Assembly: GCA_965116875.1 (NCBI GenBank)
Contig: OZ220733.1
Coordinates: 544,001-608,000 of the forward strand
DNA from: Candidatus Latescibacterota bacterium
Lineage (GTDB): Bacteria; Latescibacterota; UBA2968; GCA-2709665
Direction: 5' to 3'
DNA length: 64,000 nucleotides
Shown here: positions 1-9,623 of the stretch, in pieces
Layout: each line of letters begins with the position of its first letter
Position numbering within the stretch: the stretch's first letter is position 1
Position numbers and translations under genes: made by a program
The notes under the pieces: generated by a model
Told to the model about the DNA's origin: nothing
The model's input: the letters and a program-made list of their open reading frames with translations, nothing else
The model's database searches: none

Positions 1-125
1 GTGCCGTCCTCGGCTGTCAGGCGTACGACGACGGAGTCCGAGCGGGACCGCACCGAAGCGCTGTGTCCGAAGGCCTCTACGAAAGGAATCCGGAGGGCGA
101 AGCATGTTGCGCCAACAATCTTCAT
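1..125 (-). CDS. Enolase-superfamily (mandelate racemase/dipeptide epimerase-like) protein, 5' part, truncated by window edge
   Basis: Not in the ORF track. ATG at 125 after GAGG translates MKIVGATCFALRIPFVEAFGHSASVRSRSDSVVVRLTAEDG, the typical MR/MLE N-terminal pattern. Confidence 0.75.
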   Translation of the reverse strand, partial: MKIVGATCFALRIPFVEAFGHSASVRSRSDSVVVRLTAEDG

Positions 126-133
126 CTCGATCC

Positions 134-838
134 TCAAAGCGGGGCGAGGCCGCAGCGTCCCGACCGCAGCCGCATCGCAGACCGGATGCCCTGGAGTTCC
201 CTGACAGACGAAATCGTGACATCGGGTATCTCGGCGGCGCGCCGCGGCGTCTGAAACCGTGAAAAACCCTGCAAAACGCGCATGGTCAAACAGCCGTGAG
301 ATTTGGCAGGGCCGATATCGTTATCCAGCCGGTCGCCAACCATCAATATGCCGTCGGGTGCGCACCCCGCCCGGGAAATCGCGGCGCCGAATACCCTCGG
401 ATCAGGCTTGGAAATGCCGAGTTCAGCGGATGCCAGAACAACGGAAAACCGGTCCCTGATCCCCCAGTCCGAAAGCCGTTTCTCCGTCCCTTCGGACTGG
501 TTGGCGATAACGCCAAGCCTGAATTTCCGCGATAGGATCTCAAGTGTCTCCGGTACGCCAGGGTACAAACCTTCCAGTTCTTTCGCATAACGCACAGCGC
601 CTGCAACCGCGCGCCGCTGTTCCTCCGTCAGATCGAGACGCGCCAGCATCGCGCGAAACGGGCTTGGCGCGAAATTCGTCGCCGCCTGCTCGCACAATTC
701 CATGAGTTCGTCCACGGAATGGTCCATCCCAAACCCCCGGACACGCTCGCACACGCCCTTGAGACGCGCCCGGTGCGCCCGGGTTTCGTCAACCAGCGTC
801 CAGCCCAGATCCAGAAAGATCCACTCGATGTTGGTCAT
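134..838 (-). CDS. HAD-family hydrolase
   Basis: Motif I FLDLGWTLVD, KPDPRVF, motif IV MVGDRLDNDI; start taken at MTNIEW. Confidence 0.9.
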   Translation of the reverse strand: MTNIEWIFLDLGWTLVDETRAHRARLKGVCERVRGFGMDHSVDELMELCEQAATNFAPSPFRAMLARLDLTEEQRRAVAGAVRYAKELEGLYPGVPETLEILSRKFRLGVIANQSEGTEKRLSDWGIRDRFSVVLASAELGISKPDPRVFGAAISRAGCAPDGILMVGDRLDNDIGPAKSHGCLTMRVLQGFSRFQTPRRAAEIPDVTISSVRELQGIRSAMRLRSGRCGLAPL

Positions 839-921
839 GGGCGGGGTGACTCCGTTGCGGCGGCTCAATCACATCTTCGGCACTGATGACGGGCCCCCGC
901 GTCCACAGTTCCGCCAGACAG

Positions 922-950
922 TTGACAGCCGGATTGGATTGCAATATACT
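922..950 (+). promoter_or_regulatory. Sigma70-like promoter upstream of the thermonuclease gene
   Basis: TTGACA(922-927)-17 bp-TATACT(945-950). Confidence 0.6.
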
Positions 951-1155
951 GATGCGTTTCCATTTCTCAAGCCATATCAAGAAGCTGTTTTAAAACTCCC
1001 AGCGGTCTTCGCGCGGCTGCAAAAGCGCCGGTCGGCGTTGGTCAAACCCACCCGTATAGACAAATATGGGCGGGTTTTCCCGCCTTGACCGCAACTTTTT
1101 CGCTCGCGCTCGGAAACTCACCGGTAAATTTAAAACAACTTCTAAGGAGCGTGTT

Positions 1156-1554
1156 ATGGTATGGATTTTCGTTTTTCTCGGCCTGTTTTCACCGGTCGAA
1201 GGGAAGCAGTCTCTGTACGCCAGGCACGAGGCGACGGTGATTTCCGTGTACGACGGAGACACGATGACCGTTGACGTGGTCCTGTGGCCGGGTCTGACGT
1301 GGCGAGGGAAGGTGCGGGTGCGGGGTGTGGATACGCCGGAGATTCAGACGAAGAGCGAAGCCGAAAAGAGACGCGCACTGCTGGCGCGCGACTTCGTCCG
1401 GGAACGGATCGGGAAAACCGTATATCTGGAAGACGTGAAGCTGGGCAACTTCTCCGGGCGCGTCGTGGCCACGGTCAGGCTGCAGGACGGGTCCAACCTC
1501 GCGAAGGTCCTGATCCGGGAGGGACACGGGGAGGCGTATAAGCGGAGAAGATGA
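1156..1554 (+). CDS. Thermonuclease (SNase-like) family protein, probably exported
   Basis: VYDGDT, VRVRGVDTPE, GRVVA, LIREGHG motifs; AAGGAG RBS; hydrophobic N-terminus. Confidence 0.88.
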   Translation: MVWIFVFLGLFSPVEGKQSLYARHEATVISVYDGDTMTVDVVLWPGLTWRGKVRVRGVDTPEIQTKSEAEKRRALLARDFVRERIGKTVYLEDVKLGNFSGRVVATVRLQDGSNLAKVLIREGHGEAYKRRR

Positions 1555-1694
1555 AAAGGAAGAAGGAAAAACGAAGAAGGAAGAAGGAAAAGTCGGTAAC
1601 TCTTGCATATGTGACGCGGGTGATTGGACTGTTGTCGTGTGAGACGAGGAGTTGGGCGCGGGGCGGTCCTTTTCCTTCTTCATTCTTCCTTCCC
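1554..1694. repeat. Inverted arms of degenerate purine heptamer repeats (GAAGAAG / CTTCTTC)
   Basis: gaaaag-gaagaag-gaaaaac-gaagaag-gaagaag-gaaaag at ~1553-1592; complementary cttttc-cttcttc-attcttc-cttcc at ~1669-1693. Confidence 0.6.
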
Positions 1695-1721
1695 GCTTTC
1701 AACGAGCCCGGCGCGTGGTTT

Positions 1722-2465
1722 TTACTTGAGAGAGATAATCTCCCGCTGTGACGGGCTGAGGCGGTCGGCCAGGCCGGGGCTGAATTTCAGGTGCTGGCCG
1801 CCCCAATCGGGCATATAGCCGATGCTGTAGCAATAATACAGCGAGCGACGCGGGCGTCCGGACACGTTCACGGTGGACCCGTGGGTGAGCGCTTCGGTGA
1901 ACAGAATGGCGTCCCCCGCGCGCGCCGGAACCGCCTGCAGGGGAGGGTTATCGTTGGGATGGCCGCCCCATGGCCTCGCGAAATTGCTCTTGTGCGCCCC
2001 GGGAATCACCGCGAAGCAGCCGTCTTCCGGGCCGCAATCCAGCATGGGGAAGACCGCTTTCGTCAGCGTTGACACCATCTGGCCGTTGCGGCAATGATAC
2101 TGGCACTTGGGGAGAATCGGCGTGCCGTGCATGTGCATCCCCGTATAGCCCCCGCCCCACCGATAGATCGTGTAGGTGTGGTTCAGGCGATACGGCCCGC
2201 CGGTAACGCATTCGACCGCATCCAGCAATCCGGGAAGTTCCATCAACGGCAGAAACGCGTCGTCGCCCTCCATGATGTTCGAAATATAGAGGTTTTCCGG
2301 CGTGCGATCCTGGCCCAACACCAGCGGTGCAGGATAATCCTCCGGATCCATGGCCTCGAACCGGTCGAGTGCGGCATTGCAGGCCGCCACCGTTTCCGGC
2401 GGCACGATCTGCTCGAGGACGATATAGCCCTGCAAATCGAAAAGGTACTTCTGTTCCTGGTCCAT
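1722..2465 (-). CDS. Phytanoyl-CoA dioxygenase (PhyH)-family Fe/2OG enzyme
   Basis: FDLQGYIVL, VIPGAHK, AGDAILFTEALTHG, RRSLYY. Confidence 0.88.
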   Translation of the reverse strand: MDQEQKYLFDLQGYIVLEQIVPPETVAACNAALDRFEAMDPEDYPAPLVLGQDRTPENLYISNIMEGDDAFLPLMELPGLLDAVECVTGGPYRLNHTYTIYRWGGGYTGMHMHGTPILPKCQYHCRNGQMVSTLTKAVFPMLDCGPEDGCFAVIPGAHKSNFARPWGGHPNDNPPLQAVPARAGDAILFTEALTHGSTVNVSGRPRRSLYYCYSIGYMPDWGGQHLKFSPGLADRLSPSQREIISLK

Positions 2466-2515
2466 CGTGCCTCCTCGTACGCCAGATCAACTCACCATAC
2501 AACACGGGTAATCCA

Positions 2516-3697
2516 ATGTCAAATCCCAACGTCCAGCCGCTCGCCCAGGATTTCGTCATTGCGGCTCAGGTACCGGACCCGATGCAGTATTTTTTCCACG
2601 ATCCCGATCTCACACGCCTGGACGACGGCACCCTGCTGCTGGCCGCGCCGCAATGGCACCGCCCGGGCCGGGACCATTCCCGCCGTCTGCGACTTCTGCG
2701 AAGCGACGACGGAGGGCTCTCATGGGTGGAACTCCCGGGCCTGCCCTACGAAGAGGCCACGCCCTTCGTACTGGACGGACAACTCCTCATGTTCGTGCAG
2801 GAAACATGCCACAAGGATTTTCTGGTCGTGGCCAGCAACGACAGAGGCGAAACCTGGAGCGATCCCAGTACCGTGATCGAAGGCCCCGTCTGGAATATCT
2901 CCACGTCCCGGGTTCTCCGTCCCGAGGCCCTCTACTGGGCGATGGACTACGACCTGCCCGGCCATGGTCACGGCGGGAAGACGATGCTCCGTCTGAATCG
3001 GAGCATGTCACCCATGGATCCGGGAGCATGGACGTTGTCCAACATCGTTCGCCAGCCGGAAATCCCGGCGGCGATGACCAGAAACCTCTTCCCGGACGGC
3101 AACCGCCCGCAACTGGCCGGCGGCTGGAGGGACCCTCTCGTGTGGCTGGAGCCCAATACCGTCGAAGTTCGAGGCCGAATACGCGCTTTCTGCCGCTGCG
3201 TTTTTGACGAATACGCGGCGGCCCACATTGCGGCGGTATTCGACTACGATCCCGATGCGCACCAACTGAGCTTTACGCAGTTCGCCGCGTGGCCGGGAGC
3301 ACAGTGTAAGTTCTACGTCATCCACGACCGTTCAGCATCCATGTACTGGATGTTGAGCAACCTCATCACGAACTCCCAGGACCTGCTTGGCTGGGCAGAA
3401 AGAATGCGCGAGACCGGATATCACGGAGGCCCGGGAAACGAACGGCGGTGGCTCTACCTCCATTATGGAATCGACTGCCTCAACTGGTTCCCGGCCGGTT
3501 GCGTGGCCCGCTGGCCCGATAACGCCTACCGCAGCTTCATGTATCCCAGCGCCGTCGTGGACGGGGACGACATCGTGGTGCTTTCGCGCACCAGCCGGGA
3601 TTCCGGCGACCAGCACGACGCCGATCTCTGCACGATCCACCGCATTCGAGACTACCGCAGTCTGGCCATGGACCTCCACGCGGGCGGCCTGCACTGA
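2516..3697 (+). CDS. BNR/Asp-box sialidase-like beta-propeller protein
   Basis: Asp-boxes SDDGGLSW and SNDRGETW; start at MSNPNV. Confidence 0.75.
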   Translation: MSNPNVQPLAQDFVIAAQVPDPMQYFFHDPDLTRLDDGTLLLAAPQWHRPGRDHSRRLRLLRSDDGGLSWVELPGLPYEEATPFVLDGQLLMFVQETCHKDFLVVASNDRGETWSDPSTVIEGPVWNISTSRVLRPEALYWAMDYDLPGHGHGGKTMLRLNRSMSPMDPGAWTLSNIVRQPEIPAAMTRNLFPDGNRPQLAGGWRDPLVWLEPNTVEVRGRIRAFCRCVFDEYAAAHIAAVFDYDPDAHQLSFTQFAAWPGAQCKFYVIHDRSASMYWMLSNLITNSQDLLGWAERMRETGYHGGPGNERRWLYLHYGIDCLNWFPAGCVARWPDNAYRSFMYPSAVVDGDDIVVLSRTSRDSGDQHDADLCTIHRIRDYRSLAMDLHAGGLH

Positions 3698-3703
3698 GCG
3701 CAT

Positions 3704-4432
3704 TCACGTTTTTGCCAGGATTTCCAGGTACGCCCGTACCGTGTTCGCCAGCCCCATCTCCAGCGCTTCGCCGATGAGCGCGTGGCCGATCGAAACTTCC
3801 AGTACGCCGGGAATGGAACAGAACCTGCCCAGGTTTTCCAGGCTCAGATCGTGTCCCGCATTGACGCCAAGGCCCGCGTCCTGAGCGATCGCAGCCGCCC
3901 TGGCATATCCCTCGAAAACCGCCTCCAGGTCCTTGTTCTCCCGAAACGCGTCCGCATAGGGCTCCGTGTAGAGCTCGATCCGGTCCGCCCCCACAAGCGC
4001 GGCCCGCGGGATCTCATCCGAGTCATAGTCCATAAACAGGCTTACGCGGCTTCCTATCGACTTCAACTCCCCAATGATCGGCGCCAGGCGGTCTCCGTCC
4101 TTCGTAAGGTCCCAGCCGTGATCGGAAGTAAACGCGTCCGGCGTGTCCGGTACCAGCGTGCATTGCGTTGGCTTTACGCTTCGCACGATGTCCAGGTATC
4201 CGGCCTCGAAGGGGTTCCCCTCGATATTGAACTCCACGTCCGTAACGAGCGCATTCAACTCATACACATCCGAGGGCCTGATATGCCGCTGGTCGGGCCG
4301 GGGATGGACGGTAATTCCGTATGCTCCGGCATCGATGCAGATCTGAGCGGCCCGCGTCACGCTGGGGATACCGATGGTGCGCGTATTCCGGAGCAGCGCC
4401 ACCTTGTTGACGTTTACGCTGAGTCGGGTCAT
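3704..4432 (-). CDS. pdxJ: Pyridoxine 5'-phosphate synthase
   Basis: [56 protein letters not shown]. Confidence 0.97.
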   Translation of the reverse strand: MTRLSVNVNKVALLRNTRTIGIPSVTRAAQICIDAGAYGITVHPRPDQRHIRPSDVYELNALVTDVEFNIEGNPFEAGYLDIVRSVKPTQCTLVPDTPDAFTSDHGWDLTKDGDRLAPIIGELKSIGSRVSLFMDYDSDEIPRAALVGADRIELYTEPYADAFRENKDLEAVFEGYARAAAIAQDAGLGVNAGHDLSLENLGRFCSIPGVLEVSIGHALIGEALEMGLANTVRAYLEILAKT

Positions 4433-4710
4433 GACAATCGCCTTTCGCGGTCGCCGGTTCCATGTTTCGATCAGTATGACCAAAGTAAGTCGATGAGAAA
4501 GAAATATAGCGCCTTCGAAATCCGATTTCAAGGATCAATCATGCGTTTGTGCGCCGTAACGGCATCCGTCAACGCCAGGTCTTTCTCGCCAGGCATCACG
4601 TTTCTCCGGTGGGCAAAACCCTTGCAGAATGGCAATGCGCTCCGTTATATTGACTGACGCGCCGGTATGGGAGGTGAACCGAAGAGAATTCCTTCCAATG
4701 GACTGAATCT

Positions 4711-5298
4711 GTGACGACCATGTCCAGTCCACAACTTGCTGTGATCGGAGGACCCAATGGTTCGGGTAAGACCACAGCAGCCCCCCGGCTGTTGAGGGAT
4801 ACGCTCCATTTGGTCGAATTTGTCAACGCCGATGCCATTGCAGCCGGACTGTCCGGATTTCGGCCGGAATCAGCGGCTATTCATGCGGGACGCGTTATGT
4901 TGCGCCGCCTCCGCCAGTTGGCGTCGAAACGGGAGGACTTCGCGTTTGAGTCGACGCTCGCGAGCCGCGGTCTCGCACCCTGGATTCGTCGCCTCAAACA
5001 AGATGGATACCTCTTTCATCTGGCCTATTTGTGGTTGCCGAAACCGGAAATAGCGATTGCCAGGGTGGCTGAGCGTGTCCGCGCGGGTGGCCATCATGTC
5101 CCGGAGACCACCATTCGCCGACGGTACGATTCGGGGCTTCGGAATTTCTTCGGTTTATATCGTCCCATTGCGACCAATTGGCGCTTTTACAACAATGCGG
5201 CAGCTTCTGGGCCCCGCCTTGTTGCAATGGGGAAAGGTGTTTTCGACCTCGAAGTCCGCGATGTTGAACTATGGAAACGCATCAGAAGGGACGTATGA
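4711..5298 (+). CDS. Zeta-toxin-like P-loop ATPase/kinase (COG4185-like)
   Basis: Walker A GPNGSGKTT, FVNADAIA, FAFESTL, RVAERVRAGGHHVPE..RRRY. Confidence 0.85.
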   Translation: MTTMSSPQLAVIGGPNGSGKTTAAPRLLRDTLHLVEFVNADAIAAGLSGFRPESAAIHAGRVMLRRLRQLASKREDFAFESTLASRGLAPWIRRLKQDGYLFHLAYLWLPKPEIAIARVAERVRAGGHHVPETTIRRRYDSGLRNFFGLYRPIATNWRFYNNAAASGPRLVAMGKGVFDLEVRDVELWKRIRRDV

Positions 5299-5302
5299 AA
5301 TC

Positions 5303-5512
5303 ATGAAAAAGTTACCTCGAAAGGACATTGGCCAGCTCTTCGAAGAAGGCACACCGATTGACAATGCATTGAGAGAAGCTGTGCGCGATGCCGTATTACA
5401 ACACAAACGCAACGGCAATCCGATCGCAGACTGGCAAGACGGTAGAGTTGTATGGATCCCCGCCGATCAGATCGAGGTGGACGTGGATACCGATCAGGAA
5501 ACCAATGGATGA
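5303..5512 (+). CDS. Small partner protein of the zeta-like ATPase (putative antitoxin)
   Basis: 69 aa MKKLPRKDIGQLFEEGTPIDNALREAVRDAVLQHKRNGNPIADWQDGRVVWIPADQI, the type of ORF that usually follows COG4185 genes; its stop overlaps the next ATG. Confidence 0.7.
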   Translation: MKKLPRKDIGQLFEEGTPIDNALREAVRDAVLQHKRNGNPIADWQDGRVVWIPADQIEVDVDTDQETNG

Positions 5513-6951
5513 ACCCCGCCAATCTACTCTTTGTCCTTTCCGACCAGCACACACGAGACATCACGGAGTGCTACGGCCATCCGGTCGTGAGGACACCGAA
5601 CATCGACAGTCTCGCACGGCGAGGCGCCCGCTTTTCCAGCGCCTATACGAACTGCCCCATCTGCGTGCCCGCCCGCGCCGCGCTGGCCACCGGGCGATAC
5701 GTCCATCAGACGGGCAACTGGGACAACGCGTTCGCTTACGATGGCAGCATACCCGGTTGGGGCCATCGTCTCCGGGAGCAGGGATTTCACGTCGCATCTA
5801 TCGGCAAACTGCACTTCCGCGCCGCAAAGGACGACAACGGCTTTTCCCGGGAGATCGATCCGCTTCACGTCGTGGACGGCGTGGGGGATATATTGAGTTG
5901 CATCCGGGAACAGCCGCCGTTTCGAGACAAACGTTCGGCGATTCTCAACGCCGGCCCAGGAGATTCCACCTATCTTCAGTACGACGTTTCGAATGCCGAC
6001 CGCGCGTGCGCCTGGCTTACTGAGCACCGGCACGATGATAGGCCATGGGTATTGTTTCTGTCGTTCGTCTGCCCCCATCCGCCCTACGTCGCGCCGCCGG
6101 AGCTCTTTGAATCCTACCCGCCGGAATCGCTCCCTCTGCCCCACCGGTGGCATCCGGACGACTGGCCCGATCATCCCGCCATACGCCGGTTCCGCCGGTT
6201 CTTCCATTACGACCGTCCCTTTGCCGAAAGCGAACTGCGTAACGTCACGGCTGCCTATTACGGGGCCTGCACGCATCTGGACCGCCAGGTCGGCCGCGTA
6301 TTGAACGCGCTCGCGGACAACGAACTGTCTGACACCACACGGGTCCTCTACACGTCGGACCACGGTGAATCCCTGGGCGCGCGCGGACTCTTCGGGAAAT
6401 TCACGATGTACGAGGAAGCCGCCTCCGTCCCGCTCATCCTGGCCGGCCCCGGCGTTCCACAGGGCCGGGTCGTCCATACGCCGGTTTCCCTGGTGGACTG
6501 CTTTCCCACGGTGCTGGAATGCGCCGGCGCCACGCCGGAAGGCAAGCCCCTCTCCGGACGTTCCCTGTGGCAGATCGCCAGGAGCGCCGACGAGAATCGA
6601 ACCGTATTCAGCGAATACCACGCCGTCGGGTCCCGCAATGCCGCATACATGCTCCGAGATCGCACGTGGAAGTACATACACTACGTGGACGAGCCGCCGC
6701 AGCTATTCAATCTCGAAGACGATCCGGCTGAAACCACAGACCTCTCGGGTTCTCCGGACCATCAGTCCACCCTGGCGTCGTTCGAGCGGCGGCTGCGCGA
6801 ACTTCTGGATCCCGAAGCCACGGATGCGCGCGCCAAAGCGGACCAACTGGCGAAAATCGCATCTTTCGGCGGCGAAGACGCCGTTCGGAACAGGGGCGCC
6901 TTCGACAACTCACCGGTGCCCGGCGAAGCGCCGGCCTTCCGGGTCCACTGA
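5509..6951 (+). CDS. Sulfatase (choline-sulfatase-like)
   Basis: LSDQH, TPNID, CVPAR formylglycine motif, GKLH, PHPPY, TSDHGE. Confidence 0.93.
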   Translation: MNPANLLFVLSDQHTRDITECYGHPVVRTPNIDSLARRGARFSSAYTNCPICVPARAALATGRYVHQTGNWDNAFAYDGSIPGWGHRLREQGFHVASIGKLHFRAAKDDNGFSREIDPLHVVDGVGDILSCIREQPPFRDKRSAILNAGPGDSTYLQYDVSNADRACAWLTEHRHDDRPWVLFLSFVCPHPPYVAPPELFESYPPESLPLPHRWHPDDWPDHPAIRRFRRFFHYDRPFAESELRNVTAAYYGACTHLDRQVGRVLNALADNELSDTTRVLYTSDHGESLGARGLFGKFTMYEEAASVPLILAGPGVPQGRVVHTPVSLVDCFPTVLECAGATPEGKPLSGRSLWQIARSADENRTVFSEYHAVGSRNAAYMLRDRTWKYIHYVDEPPQLFNLEDDPAETTDLSGSPDHQSTLASFERRLRELLDPEATDARAKADQLAKIASFGGEDAVRNRGAFDNSPVPGEAPAFRVH

Positions 6952-7018
6952 CCGGCGCGAGGAAGAATGGAACCACTCGTGTACGACAACGCCGGAATTG
7001 AAAACAGGGAGTGCGACC

Positions 7019-7771
7019 GTGACTGACGAAGAAAAATTCACCTTCGACCTGGAAGGCTACCTGGTTGTAAAGGACGTACTCACCGCGGACGAGATGAAGC
7101 CATTGAACGCCGTCGCGGACCGGGTCTCTTCCGAAGACGGCGGCCCGGGCATGAGTACGATCAGCCGCGTCTCTCAATGGGGCCCCGAATTTCAGGCACT
7201 GATGGACCACCCCAGGATCGTGCCGTATCTGATCGAGCTGCTCGGTCCCAAATTCCGCATCGACCACGACTACTGCATCTTCATGAAGAAAGGGGCGGCG
7301 CGCGGCGGGCTTCACGGCGGCGAAACCGACAGCGAGGCCGACCACTGGTACAAATATCGGGACGGTGTGATGCGCAACGGGCTGACCGTGGTCACCTACT
7401 TTCTCTCCCCCGCAGGAGCAGGAGACGGCGGGTTCGCCTGCATCCCGGGAAGCCACAAGTCCAACTTCATCGACCGGCTGCCCCGGGACGTGCGGCGCTT
7501 CGAACGCGACGCCCATTACGTGGTACAGCCCGAAGCGGACGCCGGAGACGCGCTCATCTTCACGGAAGCCCTTATCCATGGAACGCAGCCCTGGACAGCC
7601 GACTACGATCGCCGCGCCCTGCTCTACAAGTACAGCCCAGGACACTCGGCGTGGTCCCATGGATATTACGACCCTGAGGAATACAGGGGCCTGACGGACC
7701 AGCAGCGCCGTCTCATGGCGCCCCCATCGGTTGGACGACGACCGGATACCGTCGAAACCCGCGACACGTGA
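7019..7771 (+). CDS. PhyH-family Fe/2OG enzyme
   Basis: GTG start after GGGAG; FDLEGYLVV, CIPGSHK, AGDALIFTEALIHG, RRALLYKY. Confidence 0.88.
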   Translation: MTDEEKFTFDLEGYLVVKDVLTADEMKPLNAVADRVSSEDGGPGMSTISRVSQWGPEFQALMDHPRIVPYLIELLGPKFRIDHDYCIFMKKGAARGGLHGGETDSEADHWYKYRDGVMRNGLTVVTYFLSPAGAGDGGFACIPGSHKSNFIDRLPRDVRRFERDAHYVVQPEADAGDALIFTEALIHGTQPWTADYDRRALLYKYSPGHSAWSHGYYDPEEYRGLTDQQRRLMAPPSVGRRPDTVETRDT

Positions 7772-7886
7772 GGCAATCCGGAAAGGGTTGCAGTACAGAT
7801 CCTTGCAGGCGCAAGCCGAGGCGCACGACGTCTGTTTCCATCCGCTCGCGCGCCCGTTTCATTCGCGACAAACAGGAGAGTCCGCA

Positions 7887-9347
7887 ATGCCCGCACTCGA
7901 ACCCTGTCCGCTGTTCATCAACGGGGAATGGGTCGAATCCGGCCGCAATACGACGGAACCGGTGTACAACCCGTCGGAAGGAATACAGATCTCCGCAACG
8001 CCCATGTGCGGCGCAGATGAAGTCGACCGCGCCGTCAGGGCCGCGGGCGCTGCGTTCCAGGACTGGGCCGAAACCCCTGCCGTCGACCGCGCCCGGTTCA
8101 TGTTCCGCTTCAAGGAACTCCTTGAAAAACACTTTGAAGACCTCTCCCGGATCGTCACCCGTGAACACGGCAAGACCCTCGACGAGGCCAGGGGCTCCGT
8201 CCGGCGCGGTATCGAAGTCGTGGAATTCGCTTGCGGGGCGCCCTCGCTGCTGATGGGTGAGGCCCTGGAAAACATCGCACCGGATATCGACTGCGACACC
8301 ATCCGGCAGCCCCTGGGCGTGTGCGCTGCCATCACACCATTCAATTTTCCCGTCATGGTGCCGCTCTGGACCCTGCCCGTCGCCCTCGTGTGCGGAAACA
8401 CCTTCGTGCTCAAACCGTCCGAGAAGGTGCCCCTCAGCGCCATCCGCCTGGTGGAACTCGTGGCGGAGGCGGGCCTGCCCAATGGGGTTCTGAACCTCGT
8501 CCACGGGGGCCGCGAAGCCGTGGACGCCCTGTTGCATCATCCGGACGTACGTACCGTGTCCTTCGTCGGCTCCACGCCGGTCGCCCGGTACATTTATGAG
8601 ACCGCAACGCGCAACGGCAAGCGGGTGCAGTCCGCGGGGGGCGCCAAGAACTTTATGGTCGTCCTTCCGGACGCCGAACCGGACGCCACGATCGATGCGG
8701 TTATGGGTTCCGCGTACGGCTGCGCCGGTGAGCGGTGCATGGCGGGCAGCGTCCTCGTGTGCGCTCACGACGCCGCTGAACGGTTTCTGCCCCGCCTCAG
8801 CGACGCTGCGCACGGTCTGCGCGTTGGTCCCACCGACCGGGATGCCGATGCGGAGATGGGACCGCTCGTTTCCCCCGATCACCTTGAAAAAGTGAGGGGC
8901 TCCATCTGCACCGGTCTTTCCGAGGGCGCCGAGTTGATCGTGGACGGGCGCGAAGTGGCTGTGGATGCCTGCCCCAACGGCTTCTACCTGGGCCCGACCA
9001 TCTTCGACCGTGTAACGCCTGGGATGCAGATCGGCCGGGAGGAAATCTTCGGCCCGGTCCTGTCGGTAATGCACACGGACAGCCTGGACGACGCCATCGA
9101 GACCTGCAACAACAGCGGCTACGGCAATGCCGCGGTCCTCTTTACCGAAAGCGGGGGCGCCGCCCGCAGGTTCCGTCACCGCATCAACGCCGGGATGGTG
9201 GGCATCAACACCGGCGTTCCGGCCCCTATGGCATTCTTTCCATTCTCCGGCTGGAACAACTCCTTCTTCGGCGACCTGCACGTTCAGGGCCATGAAGGCG
9301 TTTCCTTCTTCACCCGTCAGAAAGTGACCATCAGCCGGTGGGGTTGA
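7887..9347 (+). CDS. mmsA: CoA-acylating methylmalonate-semialdehyde dehydrogenase (MmsA/IolA)
   Basis: ITPFNFP, LKPSEKVP, FVGST, GGAKN, GCAGERCMA, EEIFGPVL, FSGW..SFFGDLH. Confidence 0.92.
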   Translation: MPALEPCPLFINGEWVESGRNTTEPVYNPSEGIQISATPMCGADEVDRAVRAAGAAFQDWAETPAVDRARFMFRFKELLEKHFEDLSRIVTREHGKTLDEARGSVRRGIEVVEFACGAPSLLMGEALENIAPDIDCDTIRQPLGVCAAITPFNFPVMVPLWTLPVALVCGNTFVLKPSEKVPLSAIRLVELVAEAGLPNGVLNLVHGGREAVDALLHHPDVRTVSFVGSTPVARYIYETATRNGKRVQSAGGAKNFMVVLPDAEPDATIDAVMGSAYGCAGERCMAGSVLVCAHDAAERFLPRLSDAAHGLRVGPTDRDADAEMGPLVSPDHLEKVRGSICTGLSEGAELIVDGREVAVDACPNGFYLGPTIFDRVTPGMQIGREEIFGPVLSVMHTDSLDDAIETCNNSGYGNAAVLFTESGGAARRFRHRINAGMVGINTGVPAPMAFFPFSGWNNSFFGDLHVQGHEGVSFFTRQKVTISRWG

Positions 9348-9350
9348 ACA

Positions 9351-9620
9351 TTGAACAAACGCCTCCGGACAATCTTCCTCAACGTGCTCTCTCTGCCCAC
9401 GGCGCCCTTTCATGAAGACGCCGTCGCAGGATTCATCCGGAACATTGCCAGGCGGCGCGGGATCCCCATAACGGCAGACAGGTACGGCAACGTCGTGCTT
9501 CGGTACACGAAGGGGGAAAAGGCGGAGTCCGTCGCCCTCACCGCGCGCGTCGTGCGTCCGCTCCCGAATCCCGGAAGCGCGTTCGGGTACCGGGGCCTCA
9601 CACCGGTCGCGGTTCCTTGA
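9351..9620 (+). pseudogene. Truncated N-terminal fragment of an M20/M28/M42-clan peptidase
   Basis: LSLPTAPFHEDAVA..DRYGNVV..VALTA, then similarity ends where the metal-binding HxD should be. Confidence 0.55.
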
Positions 9621-9623
9621 ATT

